Of a stretch of 64,000 bases of DNA, positions 46,780-61,853 are shown one piece after another. A program made the position numbers and the translations under genes. The stretch spans positions 124,001-188,000 of the forward strand of contig CM075989.1 in assembly GCA_038087875.1 (NCBI GenBank). The letters are read 5' to 3'. How positions within the stretch are numbered: position 1 is the stretch's first letter; each line of letters starts with the position of its first letter. The notes beneath the pieces were generated by a model. It was not told the origin of the DNA. It saw only the letters and a list, made by a program, of their open reading frames with translations, and did not search any database. Source of the stretch: Malacoraja senta. Taxonomy: Eukaryota.

Positions 46780-49620
46780 CACCATTCATTCATGGCTGAT
46801 CTCTGCCTCTTAATTCCATTTTTTTTCATTCTTGACTGCCGTTCTTGTTCAGAATTTGTCTTTCTCTGCATTAAAAATATCCACAGACTTGGCCCTCACA
46901 GATTTCTGTGGGAATGTGTTCCGCAGATTAAAATTACCCTTTGAAGAAAGAAATTCCTTCTCACCTCCATTCTAAAAGAGCGCCCTCTAATTCTGAGGCT
47001 ATGACCTTTGGTCCTTGACTCTTCAACCAGAGGAAACATCCTTTCCAAATCCACTCTGTCTATGCCTTTCTTTATTGTATAATTTTCATTGAGGTCCCCC
47101 CTCAACCTTCTAAACTCCAGCGAGTAGAGGGCTCAGTGCTGTCAAACTCTCATCAAATGCTGACCAACTGATTCCTGGAATCATTCTTGTAAACTTCATC
47201 TGGACCCTCTCCAGAGCCAGCCCATCCTTCCTCAGATATGGGGCCCAAATTTGCTCAAAGTACTCTAAATGCAGCCTGGCCAGCGCCTTATAGAGGCGCA
47301 GCATTACATCTCCGTTTTTTGTATTCCAGTCTCCTTGATAAAAATTGAATTTGCCTTCCGATTCGATTTGCAAATTAACTTTTTGGGAGTCCTGCATAAG
47401 CACTCACTGTGTCCCTTTGTGCCACCGATTTCTGGATTCTCCCTCCATTCAGAAAATATTCTACTAATTTATTCTTATTACCAAAATAGACAATAGACAA
47501 TAGGTGCGGGTGTATGCCATTCGGCCCTTCGAGCCAGCACCACCATTCAATGTGATCATGGCCGATCATCTCCAATCAGTACCCCGTTCCTGCCTCCTCC
47601 CGATATCCCCTGATTCCGCTATTTTTAAGGGCCCCATCTAGCTATCTCTTGAAAGTATGCAAAGAAACGGCCTCCACCGCCCTCTTGAGGCATAAAATTC
47701 CACAGACTCGCAAATCTCTGTGTGAAAAAGTATTTCCTCGTCTCCGTTATAAATGGCTTACCGCTTATTTTTAAACTGTGCATATTCTTACATTCTTAAC
47801 CTGGTTCTGGACTCCCCCCACATCGCGAACATGTTTATTGCCTCTAGCGTGTCCAAACCCTTAATAATCTTGTATGTTTCAATTAGGTCCCCTCTCATCC
47901 TTCTAGTCTCCAGTATATACAAACCCAGCCACTCCATTCTCTCAGCATATGACAGTCCTGCCATCGCAGGAATTAACCTTGTAAACCAACGCTGTATTCC
48001 CGCAATAGCAATAATGTCCTTCCTGAAATTAGGGGACCAAAACTGCGCACAATACTCCAGGAGTGTTCTCACTAGGGCCCTATACAAATACAGAAGGACC
48101 TCATCACGCCTATACACAACTCATCTCGTTATGAAGGCCAACATGCCATTCGCTTTTGTCATTGCCTGCTGTACCTCCATGCTTACTTTCATTGACTGAT
48201 GAACAAGGATTCCTAGATCCAGTTGTACTTCCCATTTTCCCAACTTGACACCATTTAGATAATAATCTGCCTTCCTGTTTCTGCTACCAAAGTGGATAAC
48301 CACACATTAAACTGCATCTGCCCACTCACCCAACCTGTCCAAGACACCCTGCATTCTCATAGCATCCTCCTCACAGTTCGCAGTGCCACCCAGCTTTATG
48401 TCATCTGCAAATCTGCTAATGTTACTTTGAATCCCTTCATCTAGATCATAGATGTTTATTGCAAATAGCTGCGGTCCCAACACCGAGCCTTGCGGTACCT
48501 CACTCGTCACTGGTTGACTCCATGCATGACTCCATCCTTTCCTAAACTGAATTTCATCTGCTACCTCTCTGCCTACTCTTCTAACCTGCCCACGTCCTTC
48601 AGCAGAGTCCTTGCCCCTTCACTTTTCATAGCATCATATTCAAACTTGGTCACAAAGCCTTCAATCCCTTTCTCCAAATCATTAATATATAACGCAAATA
48701 AAACTCCATTACTCACTAGCAGCCAAACTGAAAAAAACGCCTTTTATTGCAACCATTTGCCATCTACCATCTAGCCAATCCGCTATCCATGATAGTGTCT
48801 TCTCTTTAATACCATGGGCTTTCATCTTCCATCGCAACCTGACATGCAACACTTTATCGAAGACCTTCTGAAAATCTAGGTAAACAACATCCCCTCTGCT
48901 GGTCCTGCTATTAACTTCCTCAGATCCAGCAGATTCGTCTTCATAAAACCATGCTGAATTTGGCCTGAATGTTATGGTGAAATTCCAAGTACTGCGTAAC
49001 TTACTGCATTATAAATGATTCTAAAGTCCTACAACCACCAAAGTCAGGCTAACTGGCCTATAGTTTCCACTCTTCTGCTTTGCCCCCCTTCTTGTACAGC
49101 GGGATGATATTCGCAATTTTCCAATCTTCAGGATCCACTCCTAACTCTACAGGTTCCCGAAGTATCACAACTAAATCCTCCATAATCTCTGGGGTGTAGT
49201 CCATCCGGTCCAGCTGACGTATCCACGTTCAGTCCTCTCAGTTTATCCAGCACGTTCTCTTTCGTAATCGCCACTCCACTAACTTCCAACCCCTGACTCT
49301 CTAAGTTTGCAGGCACAATACTCGTGTCTTCCACTGTGATAACTAATGCAAAGAAGTTATTAAATTCCTCTGCCATGTCTTGATTTGCCGTTATCACATT
49401 TCTTGCATCATACTCCAGTGGCCCGACGTACACAACTGCTTCTATTGTGTCTTTATATATCCGCAGAGACACTTGACTTCCTTTTCAGACACTGTCTTAT
49501 TCTTTCTTTTTTATGTCTTCCACTCTGGGATGAAAAGATGCTGCAACTTCCAAATTACTCACAGACAACGCTGCCATTCCGACTCCACTGTCATTCCTTC
49601 TTGAGTTTCTTGCAATTGAC
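46780..49620 (-). mobile_element. Old CR1 with a younger CR1 nested at ~47485-48510
   Basis: Two sets of ORF2 C-terminal motifs; (AGACAAT)n tail at 47485; SAGPDGLHPR upstream. Confidence 0.8.
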
Positions 49621-49659
49621 TTTTGTCATTTCCTCTCTAATGTGTCCCTAGTCAAGAGA

Positions 49660-50160
49660 ATTGTATTGAACTTCTACAGGTGCACAGTAGAGAGCATACT
49701 AACTGGTTGCTTCGTGGGCAGGTTCGGCAACTTGAACGTACAGGGGCGGAAAAGAATGCAAAAAGCTGAGGACACTGCCTAGTCCATCACCGGCTCTGAC
49801 CTCCCCACCATCGAAGGGATCTATCGAAGTCGCTGCCTCAAAAGGACAGCCAACATCATCAAAGACCCACACCTTCCCGGCTGATCTCACCATTGCCATC
49901 GTGAAGAAGGGACAGGATCCTGAGAAATGTAACGTCCAGGTTCCGGAACAGGTCCTTCCCTAAAGCCATCAGGCTATTAAACACGACAACATATAAACTC
50001 TGAACTACAAACGACTATTATTATTATTGCACTAAATGTCTTTATTTATTGAGTCTGTGTGCATGTATATATATACACACTGAACTTTGTTTCTCCAATT
50101 ATGTGTAATGTTTACCTATTCTGTTGTGCTGAAGCAAGCAAGAATTTCATTGTCCTGTTG
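49660..50160. mobile_element. Rex1/Babar 3' fragment
   Basis: NIIKDP.., RFRNRSFPKAIRLLN on the + strand and a Rex1-type 3' UTR. Confidence 0.75.
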
Positions 50161-51099
50161 AAAAAGAGTTAAATTTGGTCAAGTTTTGTTCGTAAATTAA
50201 AATAGAGTTTTCTGAAAGAACAGAAAGCAGTCATCTTTCAAGTGGATTTTTTCCCAGCAGTAAAAAGGTATAGAAAAATTTTAGAAGCTCGGTTTATACT
50301 AATCATTGAAACAATGTATTAACAATGTATTAACATAGAGGTGTATTGTCTGGGCACAGCGCCATATTAGATATCTGTCTGAACATCCTGTCCCAGCTAA
50401 GGACAAAGTAGTGGCTTTCATCCAAGTCTTACAAGCTTCTTTTAGTTCACTGATGGATGTCCATTCCGGAAAAAAAATGGAAGTCATTTGAAAACAAAAA
50501 GGGAGTTAGTTGTCCTTCCGGGATGGGCAGCTGTACTGAAGCTATGCCAAGATTTGAGAATAAGGCTGATATTGCATATATATGGGTCCAGCCTCTCCTG
50601 TTTTCCTTAGGCTACAGATCTTTCAGTCAGATTTAGAAGGTGTGTTTATTAATAAGGAATCACTATAACTAACTGTTCTTTGTTCAGAGAGTGTGCGACA
50701 GGAAAGCGAAGGTATATAGCTTCCAGCACACACCCGCTAGTGAATAAAAGGATATTGCCTTGTTTGTCTGTGATAAGTAATCGAACCTTAACACTATCTG
50801 GGACATATGACAATAAAACACTCTTGACTCTTGACTCATGACAACTGTAAATCCAATACATCCAATCTTGCCTTCTGTCTTACAAATTGCAGTTTGATAT
50901 CTATCAAATCCTGATCACTGCCTCCTCAGGATATCTTCACAATCTCCCGAATGAAACCTGGTTCATTGCGCACACTTAAATGCAAATTGACTGTTAACCA
51001 CTGTGTGCGAGAAGCAGCTGCTCAAAGAAGGGATTTCAGCGCCAACCTGGGGTCAAGGAAAGAGTGTACACGTCGCGGCCCTGTTTTCACGACTCACTG

Positions 51100-52836
51100 A
51101 CCCACTGGACAGGTTTCCCCGGTCACACCATCGACCATCGCTCATAATCATTCCATCTCTGGTCCAGCCCGTGGAAGGGAAAGATGTCAAGAGGTGGAAC
51201 TTCCGGAAAGCAAACTGGGTGGGCTTCACACAACAAGTGAATAAGGCAGCCACTGGCCTCCAACACCCACGCCCCACCAACCTGAACAACGCCTAAGACT
51301 CATACTGCAAGATGCTGTTGGCCGCCGTCAAGAAGAACATCCCCCGCGGTGTACGTAAAGCCTATGTTCCCTGTTGGGATGATGAATGTGAAGACCTACT
51401 TCGTGCCCACACAGAATCACAAACCAGCGAAGACAGGGACAAAGCAGCGAATAAACTAATCTGCAGACTAAATGAGAAACGCAGGCAAAGGTGGACGGAG
51501 ACATTGGAATCATTGATTTCACACACTCCAGCCGTCAGGCGTGGCAGACCATGAATAAGCTGATGGGCAGGTCGACAACCCCAGTACAGTGTCCCATCAC
51601 TGCAAATTCCATCGCGTCGCTACTGCTGAGCAATGGCCGCTTCCCCAACGCAGACAAGGACTTCACCAGAACAACATCGGCGAGAATCCACGAGATGCAC
51701 AGGGCCACGAGCTGCGACTCCAACCTATCCCACGATTTCACAACACAAGAAATCGAGCAGGCCATTGGACGGCTGAAAACCGGCAAGGCACCAGGCACCG
51801 ACGGCATCCACCCAGAATACATAAAACACCAAGGCAAGAAGGCAAATGACTGGTTGTGCTCCTTCCTCTCCACGTGTTTCCGCTGCCTGAAGCAGCCAAA
51901 GATCTGGCGCCGTGCCAAGGTGATCGATCTGCCAAAGCCAAACAAGCCTAGCGATGACCCCAAGGGATACAGACCTATCTCACTGCTGTGTGTGCCATAC
52001 AAGCTCCTGGAACGTCTCCTCCACACATGCCTCAAACCTGTGATCGACCCCCAGCTTCCTAAAGAACAGGCTGGCTTCCGAAGCGGTAGGTCAACGGCGG
52101 ACCAGGTGACCCTCCTGTGCCAAGACATAGAGGACAGCTTCCAGGCAGGGGAGAAGGCTGGCGCTGTCTTCTTCGACCTCACAGCTGCATATGATACCGT
52201 CTGGCTGCGTGGACTACACATGAAGCTTCTGGAAACCATCCCAGACAAGCTCATGGTGAGCTTCATCATGGAGATGCTGAGCAACCGCAGCTTCAGGCTA
52301 CACACCAGCAACGGGAAATGCAGCAGGATGAGGAAACTTCAGAACGGCGTCCCACAGGGTTCAGTGCTGGCACCAATGCTGTTCAATATCTACATCCATG
52401 ACCTGCCTGCAACCCAGTCAAAGAAGTATGGCTATGCTGGTGACCTGGCCATTCTACTTAGTAAGCCATCCTGGTAAGCAGCAGAAGATGGCCTCTCTGA
52501 AGACATGGACATCCTGTCTTCATACCTGAGGAACTGGCGCCTCAAGCTCAGCATGGGTAAGACAACATCTTCAATGTTCCACCTCAACAACAGGGAAGCG
52601 TCCCGCGAGATGAACGTCATGGTGGATAATGCACGATTACGGTCCCAGCCCGTCCCCACGTACCTCGGTGTGAAGCTCGACAGAACGTTGTCATTCAAAC
52701 AACACCTGCAAGGTGCCAATGCAAAGACAAGCGCCCGTGCCGCACTGATTCGCCGCCTAGCCGGCACCACATGGGGAGCCACGACGAAGACACTGTGCAT
52801 GTCCACAGTGGCCCTGGTGTTCTCAGCCGCCGAGTA
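51100..52836 (+). mobile_element. Vingi-like LINE (endonuclease end to RT), truncated at both ends
   Basis: RFPRSHHRP, RWNFRKANW, KAPGTDGI and RT; near-identical to positions 1-960 from 51883 onward. Confidence 0.85.
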
Positions 52837-54945
52837 ATGTCGGCTGCGTTAATGTCTTCTGTCCTGGCTGTTTCCAAGTGGGTGAACCTCTTCACAAGAG
52901 GTATAACACCCGGGGATGTTTGCATTCCATGTTTCCCTCCCTTTCTCACCGTCACCCACCTTCTCTCTTCCAGTACCTTAGGTGTAACAATCTTACTGTA
53001 GGACTTGTCGAGGAACGACTCAGTTTCTCGGACGAACCTGAGGTCATCCACTTGCTTCTCCAGTTCCCCAACACGGTCCTTCAGGAGCTGTACCTGGATG
53101 CACTTCTCACATTTATAGTAGCCAGAGGCACCAGCAGTGTCCTTGACCTCCCACATACTGCAAGCATCACACTGAATCGGGTTGCCTGACATCTCCTTCT
53201 TTCATCTCTCCCTCTCCAGCGTTTTGCGTAGCACTCATTTATTCCCCCTCATTAATCCCCCTCATTTATTTATAATCCTCTTTTTGCTGAGTTCTTAGCT
53301 TCTTGCGCTCCAAGAATTGAAGTCTGAGCCTATCCAATCAACAAAGCTGTGGCCCATGAATCTTTGGCACTTCATCGTGCATCTTCACCACACTCCTTGC
53401 AGCTTACTGCCATCCTTCCCAAAGTAGAGTGATCACAACGGAACTCAACAGTGGAAATGTGGCATCACCATGTCCTTCTACAACCATAACATAACATCCC
53501 CATCTATGTCCAAGACACCTTACACGCTCTTAGTCTCCTTCATGACTTCCATTTTCCAGGCCCCTACTCCCTCATCTTCACCCTGGATTTCCAGTCACTC
53601 TACACCTCCATCCCCCACCAGGAAGGTCTTAAAGCCTTCTGTTTCTTCCTCGATCGGAGAACCCTGTCTAGTAATACCCTCCTCCGCCTAGCGGATCTGG
53701 TCCTTACCCTCAACAACTTTTCTTTTGACTCCTCCCATTTCCTCCAAATCCATGGCGTAGCTATGGGCACGCGCATGGGCCCCAGCTATGCCTGCCTCAT
53801 TTAAGGGTATGTAGAACAATCCTTGTTCGAGGCGTACCTTGGCCCTACCCTCAAACTCTACCTCCGCCTCATTGTCGACTGCATTGGTGCGATCTCCTGC
53901 ACCCATGCAGAACTCACTGACCATCTATTTCACCATTAACTTCCATCTGGCACACAAATTCATCTGGTCCATTTCCGACATCTCCTTCCCGTTTCTCGAC
54001 CCCACTATCTCCATCGCAGGTAACAGACTACAGACCGGCATCTACTACAAACCCACTGACTGCCATAGCTATCATGACTACATTTCTTCGCACCCTGCTT
54101 CCTGAAAGGACTTCCGCTGCTCCCAATTCCTCGGTCTACGCCGCACCAGGATGAGGTTTTCCAAAACAGGGCATCGGAGATGTCCTCATTCTTTAGGAAA
54201 CGGGGGTTCCCCTCCTATTATAGATGTGTCTCTCACCAGGGTGTCCTCAATATCCCGCAGTTTCGCCCTCACTACCCATCCCCCTACTCGTAACAAGGAC
54301 AGAGACACCTTGCCCTCACCTTCCACCCCATCAGCCGTCGCATACAACATATAATCCTCCGACATTTTCGCCATCTCCAATGGGATCCTACCACTGGCCA
54401 CATCTTTCCATCTCTTTCCCTTTGTGCTTTCCGCAGAGACCGTTCCTTCCATAACGCCCTGGTCAATTCGTTCCTTCCCACCAAAACCGCAGGAGATGCA
54501 ACACCTGTCCCTTTACCCCCCCCCCCTCGACTCCATCCAAGGACCCAATCACTATTTCCAGGTGAGGCATCTCCTCCAATCTCATCTAGTGCATCCGCTG
54601 TTCCAGGTGTCCATTTCTCTAGACCAAGCGATCACTTCGCCCAACACTTTTGCTCAGTTTGCACTAACCAACCCGATCTCCCGGTGGGTCAGCACTTCAA
54701 CCCCCCTCCCATTCCAAATCTGACCTTTCTGGCCTGGGCCTCCTCCATTGTCAAATTGAGGCCCAGTGCAAATTGGAGGAACAGCACGTCATATTTCGCT
54801 TGGGTGGTTTATACCCCAGCGGTATGAACATTTACTTCTCTAATTTCAGATGTTCCTTCCTTTCTCCTTCCTTCCCCTCCCGTTCCCAGCTCTCCCTCAA
54901 GCCTACTGTCTCCGCCTCTTCCTTTATTTTTCCCACCCCCCTACA

Positions 54946-54984
54946 TCAGTCTGAAGAAGGGTTTCGACCCGAAACGTCGCCTTT
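54946..54984 (+). ncRNA. Hammerhead ribozyme-like motif (duplicate of 35624)
   Basis: CTGAAGA...GAAAC-GTC. Confidence 0.6.
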
Positions 54985-57870
54985 CTTCTCCCCATAGATG
55001 CTGCCTCACCCGCTGAGTTCTCCCAACATTTTAGTCTACCATCTATTTATCCAGCATCTGAAGTTCTTTCTTTAACATCCCAACATCTGTAGTCAATATC
55101 CTGAGTGACAGCGGCCAAAGCCTTCGCTGTCACCAGATCTACTCGTTACGCCACTTCCGCGGATCTATCATCAAATCACACTGCTCTCCAAATCACCCTC
55201 CGAAATCGGACAGAGAAGTTGAGAAAGGGATAATAGTGTGGCGGAAAGTAACCCTGTGGCCGTTTTTAACAGAGGGACGCTCTCTCCATTTCATGACTAT
55301 CAATGTCACCCATATGGAAGATTTTGCAGATGATCCCTGGAGAGCTGAGCACAAAACCCGACTCTCAGTCATTTACGTCCAGCGCATGTGAGCGATGCCT
55401 ATACTGCAGCCCATATCAGCAATCCTCGATTTTCTCCTTATAAACTATACTCTGAATTGGCTATTGCAAAATAATATTAAGGGAAAGCAAAGCAGTGAGC
55501 AATTATTGTTTATCAATTCAGCTTTTCACACTGTTTTTCTTGACAATCAGTTGATATCAGACCCAAACGAAACGTAGTTCCCTGGTGAAAGATTCGTTGC
55601 GCTTTACTTGAATGCAACATTTCTCCTCACCGAAGCACACTCCGCTTTCCTTAAAGCCATCGGGGCAGGGGTTCAGACATGTTCACCCTCTGAAGGCTGC
55701 ACTTATCTATACGACACAAAATACAAGATGAATTATCAGTTGCTAGACAAGGGAACTAACTTTGAAAACTAATGAAGCTTAAATTTCAGGGCCATTAATC
55801 CGGAGGGGCCCCCTGAAGCGACTTTAGTCCACATTGCTTAAAAATGTTGGGTCTACTGTATGAGGAGGTGTTTAAAATAATAATAATAATAATAATATAG
55901 TGTAATTCAAATACAAAATAATAGTTACAATTAAATTTAAAAGGTTATTAAAGTATCATGTAGGCTTGCCGTAAACGATAAAACAATGTTCAAATTAAGG
56001 ATGTTTCATTCTAAATAATTTAAAAACATTATTAACATTTCTGACAGAAATTAAAACTTTTATTTGAATTATTTATCTTAGGCTTGCAGTAATCGAAAAA
56101 AATGAAAGCAAATTTCCGATGCTTGCGGTCATTGTAAAGGCCAACACGTTTGGAAACTTATGTTTTCACGAATAATCTTATAAAACCTTAAAATATACTA
56201 AACATATAAAACCATTACAATAAATAATAACAATTTTACTAATATACGATTAAAATACAGTAAAAATAAAAAGGTAATAAAAATATCTTCTTTGGTAGAT
56301 ACAAACAGTAGATACCGCCTCGTAACAACAAGGGGAGCAGTTGAAAATGCAATCGCAATCACAATGCAAACGTGAATCACGTGATTATCACGTCGTGATA
56401 GCACTCGTGATAGCGATCTGGAATAAATTTTTTTCAATAAAGTGTTCATAAGAATACAATATTTTAATTACCTCTTCTCAAAAATAAATGTTATATTTAG
56501 AAAAGTGAGGCAAGTGATAAAAGTGAAATAGTGTTAGATTGGCCTAAGCCTATTGTTTTTATGAAGAGGTGAACGGAAGGAAGGCAGCGACTGCAAAGCC
56601 TAGGCTAATACAAGAATTTATGAAAAAGTTTAAAAAAAAAATCTCAGAAAGTAGACCTAAAAGTTATTGACTATGGCATTTTGCAGGAGCTGTATTTTTT
56701 TTTAATTTCTGGATCTCCAAGAAGATGGGGGGGTTTTAAACACACAGCCTGGACTGCCTCATATAGTTTGCACACTATGAGGCAGTCCAGGCAATTAAAA
56801 ATGGACATATGGGTATTTTACAAACTCTCAAACATATTTTTGAAGACTCAGAAGAGAAGCCTGAATGTTAACGAGATGCAAAAAATTTACATCACAAGTT
56901 GGTAAAGCTGGAAGATGCTATATTGACAGTCGTTTGGGAAGTGGTGCTGGAGCGTTTCAACAAAACAAGAAACTCCAACCCCCGGTTTTGATGCATTTGA
57001 AGGTTATCTTCTGCTATCATCTTTACTTTCGTTTGTTAAAGAACTCAGAGAAAATTCAGCCAATGGGATAGCACACCATGAATCAGAAGCAAAAGGTTTG
57101 TGTGAAGATATCACCTCAAACGCATTGTTACAAAGGACATTTTCAGATGGAACAAGTGGTATTGCTTCTTTGAGATGAGCTGACAATTTAGGATAGAAGT
57201 TCTATATCAACTCTATGACTGTTTGATAATCCTGTTACGCAAGAGTATTGACCCATGTGAGCAGATTGCGGAAAGGTTTAAGTTAGATGCGGACAGTATT
57301 AAACGTATAATATCGTATTACGAAGATGATATGGACCACAAATTACTAAACGACTGTTATCAGTTCAAAGAATATTTGCACCTTACGAAATCCCAGAACA
57401 CAGAAAGAAATACGCCCATCTAAAATGCAATGTGCAGAAGTTGTTCAGCTTATTTATGAGCAACACCCTAATTGAAGTGTTCCCCAATATTACTACTACG
57501 CTTAAGCTGTACTTGACAATGCCTATCACAAGCTGTGAAGCAGAAAGGTATTTCAAAAATGTCCCTAATTTTCATCCCTCATAACTCGGAATTTTTTTAT
57601 TCACAACAGTGACTTTGACATGTGAAATAATCCACTACATCAATTTTCATCAGACATTTGAAATGTTGTGGTTGAATTAAATAAAAGTGTAGTGATCCAT
57701 CGTGGAACAACCCCATTGAAGAAGATAACAGTGGTTACCGAAACCCCCGTTGCTGTTTGCGAAGGGGCCCCCATAACAGTTCAAGCTTCAGGGCCCCAGA
57801 AATGTAGGTCCCCCACTGTAGCTGTAGGGAAAAAACTAGGACAGATGAAATATTAAATGTGTTCGTCAAA

Positions 57871-57942
<72 letters not shown>

Positions 57943-58035
57943 CGTCTATCTGTCGATCTGTCGATCTGTCGATCTGTCGATCTGTCGATCTGTCTATCTG
58001 TCGATCTGTCTAACGATTGATCGATCTATCTATCC

Positions 58036-58134
<99 letters not shown>

Positions 58135-60204
58135 CATCTATCTATCTCGTTCACTCAAACAAAGAGTGAATGGGGAACTAACAGATTGGTTCGCCACTGC
58201 AGTTGCAGTGCGACAAGAGTGTGTGATCTCACCACAGCTATTTAACATCCCTGCACGAACTGGTCATGTTGTATGCATTGCACGACACACATATGTAGGC
58301 GTAAATATCCAAGGTCAGCTCCTAAATAACCTGCGCTTCGCAGATGACATCGCACTCATTGCTGCGAGTGAAACCGACCTCCAGACTTTGGTAAACCTCG
58401 TACATGAAAGCGAAAAAGCTTTTGGACTGAAAATTAACTTAGCAAAAACACGTGCAGGCGATCTCCAAAGAGAACATAAAATAAATATCTAAATCAATGG
58501 CACATCATTAGCCCAGTTGAGGATTTCACATATCTAGGAGGAAAGATATGTCAAACTGGATCCTACACCGGAGACGTAAAATTACGCATTGGGAAAGCTG
58601 TTGGGACTGTTCAAAACCTCCAAAAGATATGGAGCGCCAAAGACATCAGAAGCAGCACTAAGATCAATCTCTGTAAAGTACTTGTGCTCTCAATACTGTT
58701 GTATGGAGCATAAATATGGACACTAAGAAAGGAAGTTGAAAACAGACTTTCAACATTTGAAGTGATTGTCCCTTCACAAAATAAGGGCCCCTTCCTAACC
58801 CTGTTGCTTGTTCATGGTTCCAAGCGAGAAGGCGAAGTGGCAGTGATTGTAGAATGTTTGCACGTCCTAAATATAGAAACATAGGTGCAGGAAGAGGCCA
58901 TTCGGCCCTTTGAGCCATCACCGGCATTCGATAATATCATGACTGATCATCTAAAATCAGTACCCCGTTCCTGCTTTCTCCCCATATCCCTTGATTCCAT
59001 TAGGGCTAAGAGCTAGATCTAACTCCCGCGTGAAAAACAAAACAGTGAATTGGCCTCCACTGCATTCGATGGCATGAATTCCTCATCTCAGTGCAAAATA
59101 GCCTACCCCTTATTCTTAAACTGTGTGACCCCTGTTTCTGGACTTCCCCAACATAGGGAACATCTTTCCTGCATCTAGCCTGTCCAAACCCTTAAGAATT
59201 GCAAATGTTTCTTTAAGATTCCCTGTCACCCATCCAAGTTCCAGTGAATATAAGCCCAGTCGACCTATTCTTTCATCATATGACAGTCTCGCCATCCCGA
59301 GACTCAACCTGGTGAACCTATACTGCACTCCCTCAATAGCAAGAATGTCCTTCCTCAAATTAGGAGACCATAACTGGACACATATCCAAGGTCCGTATAA
59401 ACGGCCTGCTGCATGAAGCAATGTAATGATGCAAATTGATGCAAATATGTACATTAAAATAGAATTAGCTAATCGATCGTTTGGACATAAATGTGCCAAT
59501 TCAAAACGGCAAAGCCTAGTCACAGATCTGGATGAAGGTCATGCATTAGGAATGCATCTGTTTACAATGCGTGTAAAATAAATGAAAAGATCGTGCGGCG
59601 ACCTCTGTGACATTGTTGATATAAATACAAAACCTCATCTTCTGAACAGAGCAACAGACAATAAGTGACTTCGGTATTCCGAAAAACGCAAGGAATCATG
59701 GGATTTGTCAAACCTCAAACGCTATGAATCAAATCGAACGAAGCGCTGTAGATTCAGTGAACATAGTTTGGGTCCATTTTTTTTGTCCTTTTTCAAGTTT
59801 GTATTTGTCAGGGGGCAGAGTGATGGGGCAGATCCGAGCGGGAGGGGGGGGGGAGAGGCTGCACTGCGGAGACATTCTCGGCAGCTGCACGTACACAGAG
59901 CCACGCCTCATCCGCAGCCAGGCTGGAGCCCGTGACCCTGGCGCCGCAAGCGCTGCCGAACCGCTACTGGACCGACCCCTGTCCCACCCACCCGATCGAG
60001 TGTCACATCCCCGCCCGGGGGCACGTCCTGAGACATCCTGACCGACGGGACACTGACCCCAGGCCCACTGCCAGCACGCAGAATAAGTGCCAACCCCAGA
60101 TCACCTCCGCCTCTCCCAACAGGCCAACCGACAGCCCCAGACCGAGGACACCAGTGGCCTAGGCCCGCAACCAGCGCGGAGAAGAAGCGCCTGCTCCAGC
60201 CCAA

Positions 60205-61853
60205 CCCCGCTCCAAATCCCGAGGAATCCGCTCCCCGATGGGACGCCACGGCGACAAGAGCCAGTTTAACCATGGCTGTCTGGACTACACTTCTTCCCAC
60301 CCTGCATCCTGTAAGGACCATCCCCCACTCCCAATTCCTCCGTCTACGCTGCATCTGCTCCCAGGATGACGCGTTCCACACCAGGGCATCCGAAATGTCC
60401 TCATTCTTCAGGGAACGGGGGTTCCCCTCCTCCACCATAGATGAGGCTCGCACCAGGGTCTCTGCTATACCCCACAACACTGCTCTCTCTCCCCATCCCC
60501 CCACTCGCAACAAGGTCAGTGTCCCCCTAGTCCTCACCTTTCACCCCACCAGCCGTCACATACAAGTGATCGTCCGTCAGTTTTGCCACTTCCAACGTGA
60601 CCCCACCACTCGCCACATCTTCCCATCTCCCCCTATGTCTGCCTTCCACAAAGACCGCTCCCTCCGTAACTCCCTTGTCAATTCTTCCCTTCCCTCCCGT
60701 ACCATCCCCTCCCCGGGCATTTTCCCTTGCAACCGCAAGAGCTGCAACACTTGTCCCTTCACCTCCCCCCTCGACTCCATTCAAGGACCCAAGCAGTCGT
60801 TCCAGGTGCGACAGAGGTTCACCTGCATCTCCTCCAACCTCATCTATTGCATCCGCTGCTCTAGATGTCAGCTGATCTACATCGGTGAGACCAAGCTTGG
60901 CGATCGTTTCGCCGAACACCTCTGTTCGCTCCGCAATAACCAACTTGACCTCCCGGTGGCTCAGCACTTCAACTCCCCCTCCCATTCCGTATCCGACCTC
61001 TCTGTCCTGGGTCTCCTCCATGACCAGAGCAGGCAACACCGGAAATTGGAGGAAATGCACCTCATATTCCGCTTGGGCATTCTGCATGCTGGGGGCATGA
61101 ACATTGAATTCTCCCAATTTTGCTAGCCCTTGCTGTCTCCTCCCCTTCCTCAGCCCACTGGTTGTCTCCTCCCACCCCTCAGCCCTCGGGCTCCTCCTCC
61201 GCCTTTTTCCTTTCTTCTCCCCACCCCCTATCAGTCTGAAGAAGGGTTTCGGCCCGAAACGTTGCCTACTTCCTTCGCTCCATAGATGCTGCTGCACACG
61301 CTGAGTTTCTCCAGCATTTTGTGTACCTTCGATTTTCCAGCATCTGCAGTTCCTTCTTTAACAGTTTAACCATGGCCTGGCCGAGCTGCGCTCCCTCAGC
61401 CACCGCGTCAAGTACAAGACGGCGCCGTGGCGCACCTTGCACACAACCGGCCTCTGCCCCTACGGTACCCGCTGCCACATCATCCACAACCCCGGGGAGG
61501 AGCGAGGGCCCAGGACTCGCCTGCGCCAGAGCCCCCACAAACCCGAGCCAGCCTGGGCTCGGCCTCCTCCGCTTCGACTGGGCCGCGCTGCGGGTGGCCT
61601 TCAGCCCTGACCTGGAGTTGGAGCTGGCCCGGGCTCTGAGCTCGGGGCTGGGCAGGGGAGGAGGAAGTTGTTGCTGCCGCCAGCACCACCTCACCAACAG
61701 CAGCGGGAGCCCGGCCTGCCCATGGCCGGCAGGAGCCTGTCTGTAGGCTCTCTGTCCGACCAGGACGACTCCAGCAGCAGCGGCTCCGAGTCCCCCGACT
61801 TCGAGCAGGGTCGGCGGCTGCCCATCTTCAGCAGGTTCTCTGTGTCGGACTGA
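60205..61853 (+). pseudogene. ZFP36: ZFP36/tristetraprolin-family pseudogene, copy B
   Basis: Same ZF and RRLPIFSRFSVSD motifs and same Penelope insertion (TSD 60262-60276 / 61362-61376); additional 1-bp frameshift near 61690. Confidence 0.9.
60277..61361 (+). mobile_element. Penelope-like element, copy B, with a hammerhead motif at 61236-61263
   Basis: ORF 60272-61126 with GIY-YIG motifs; 15-bp TSD. Confidence 0.93.

Noticed and set aside
51535..52311. 258-aa minus-strand ORF and similar antisense ORFs over LINEs
   Set aside because: Shadow frames of GC-rich RT coding sequence.
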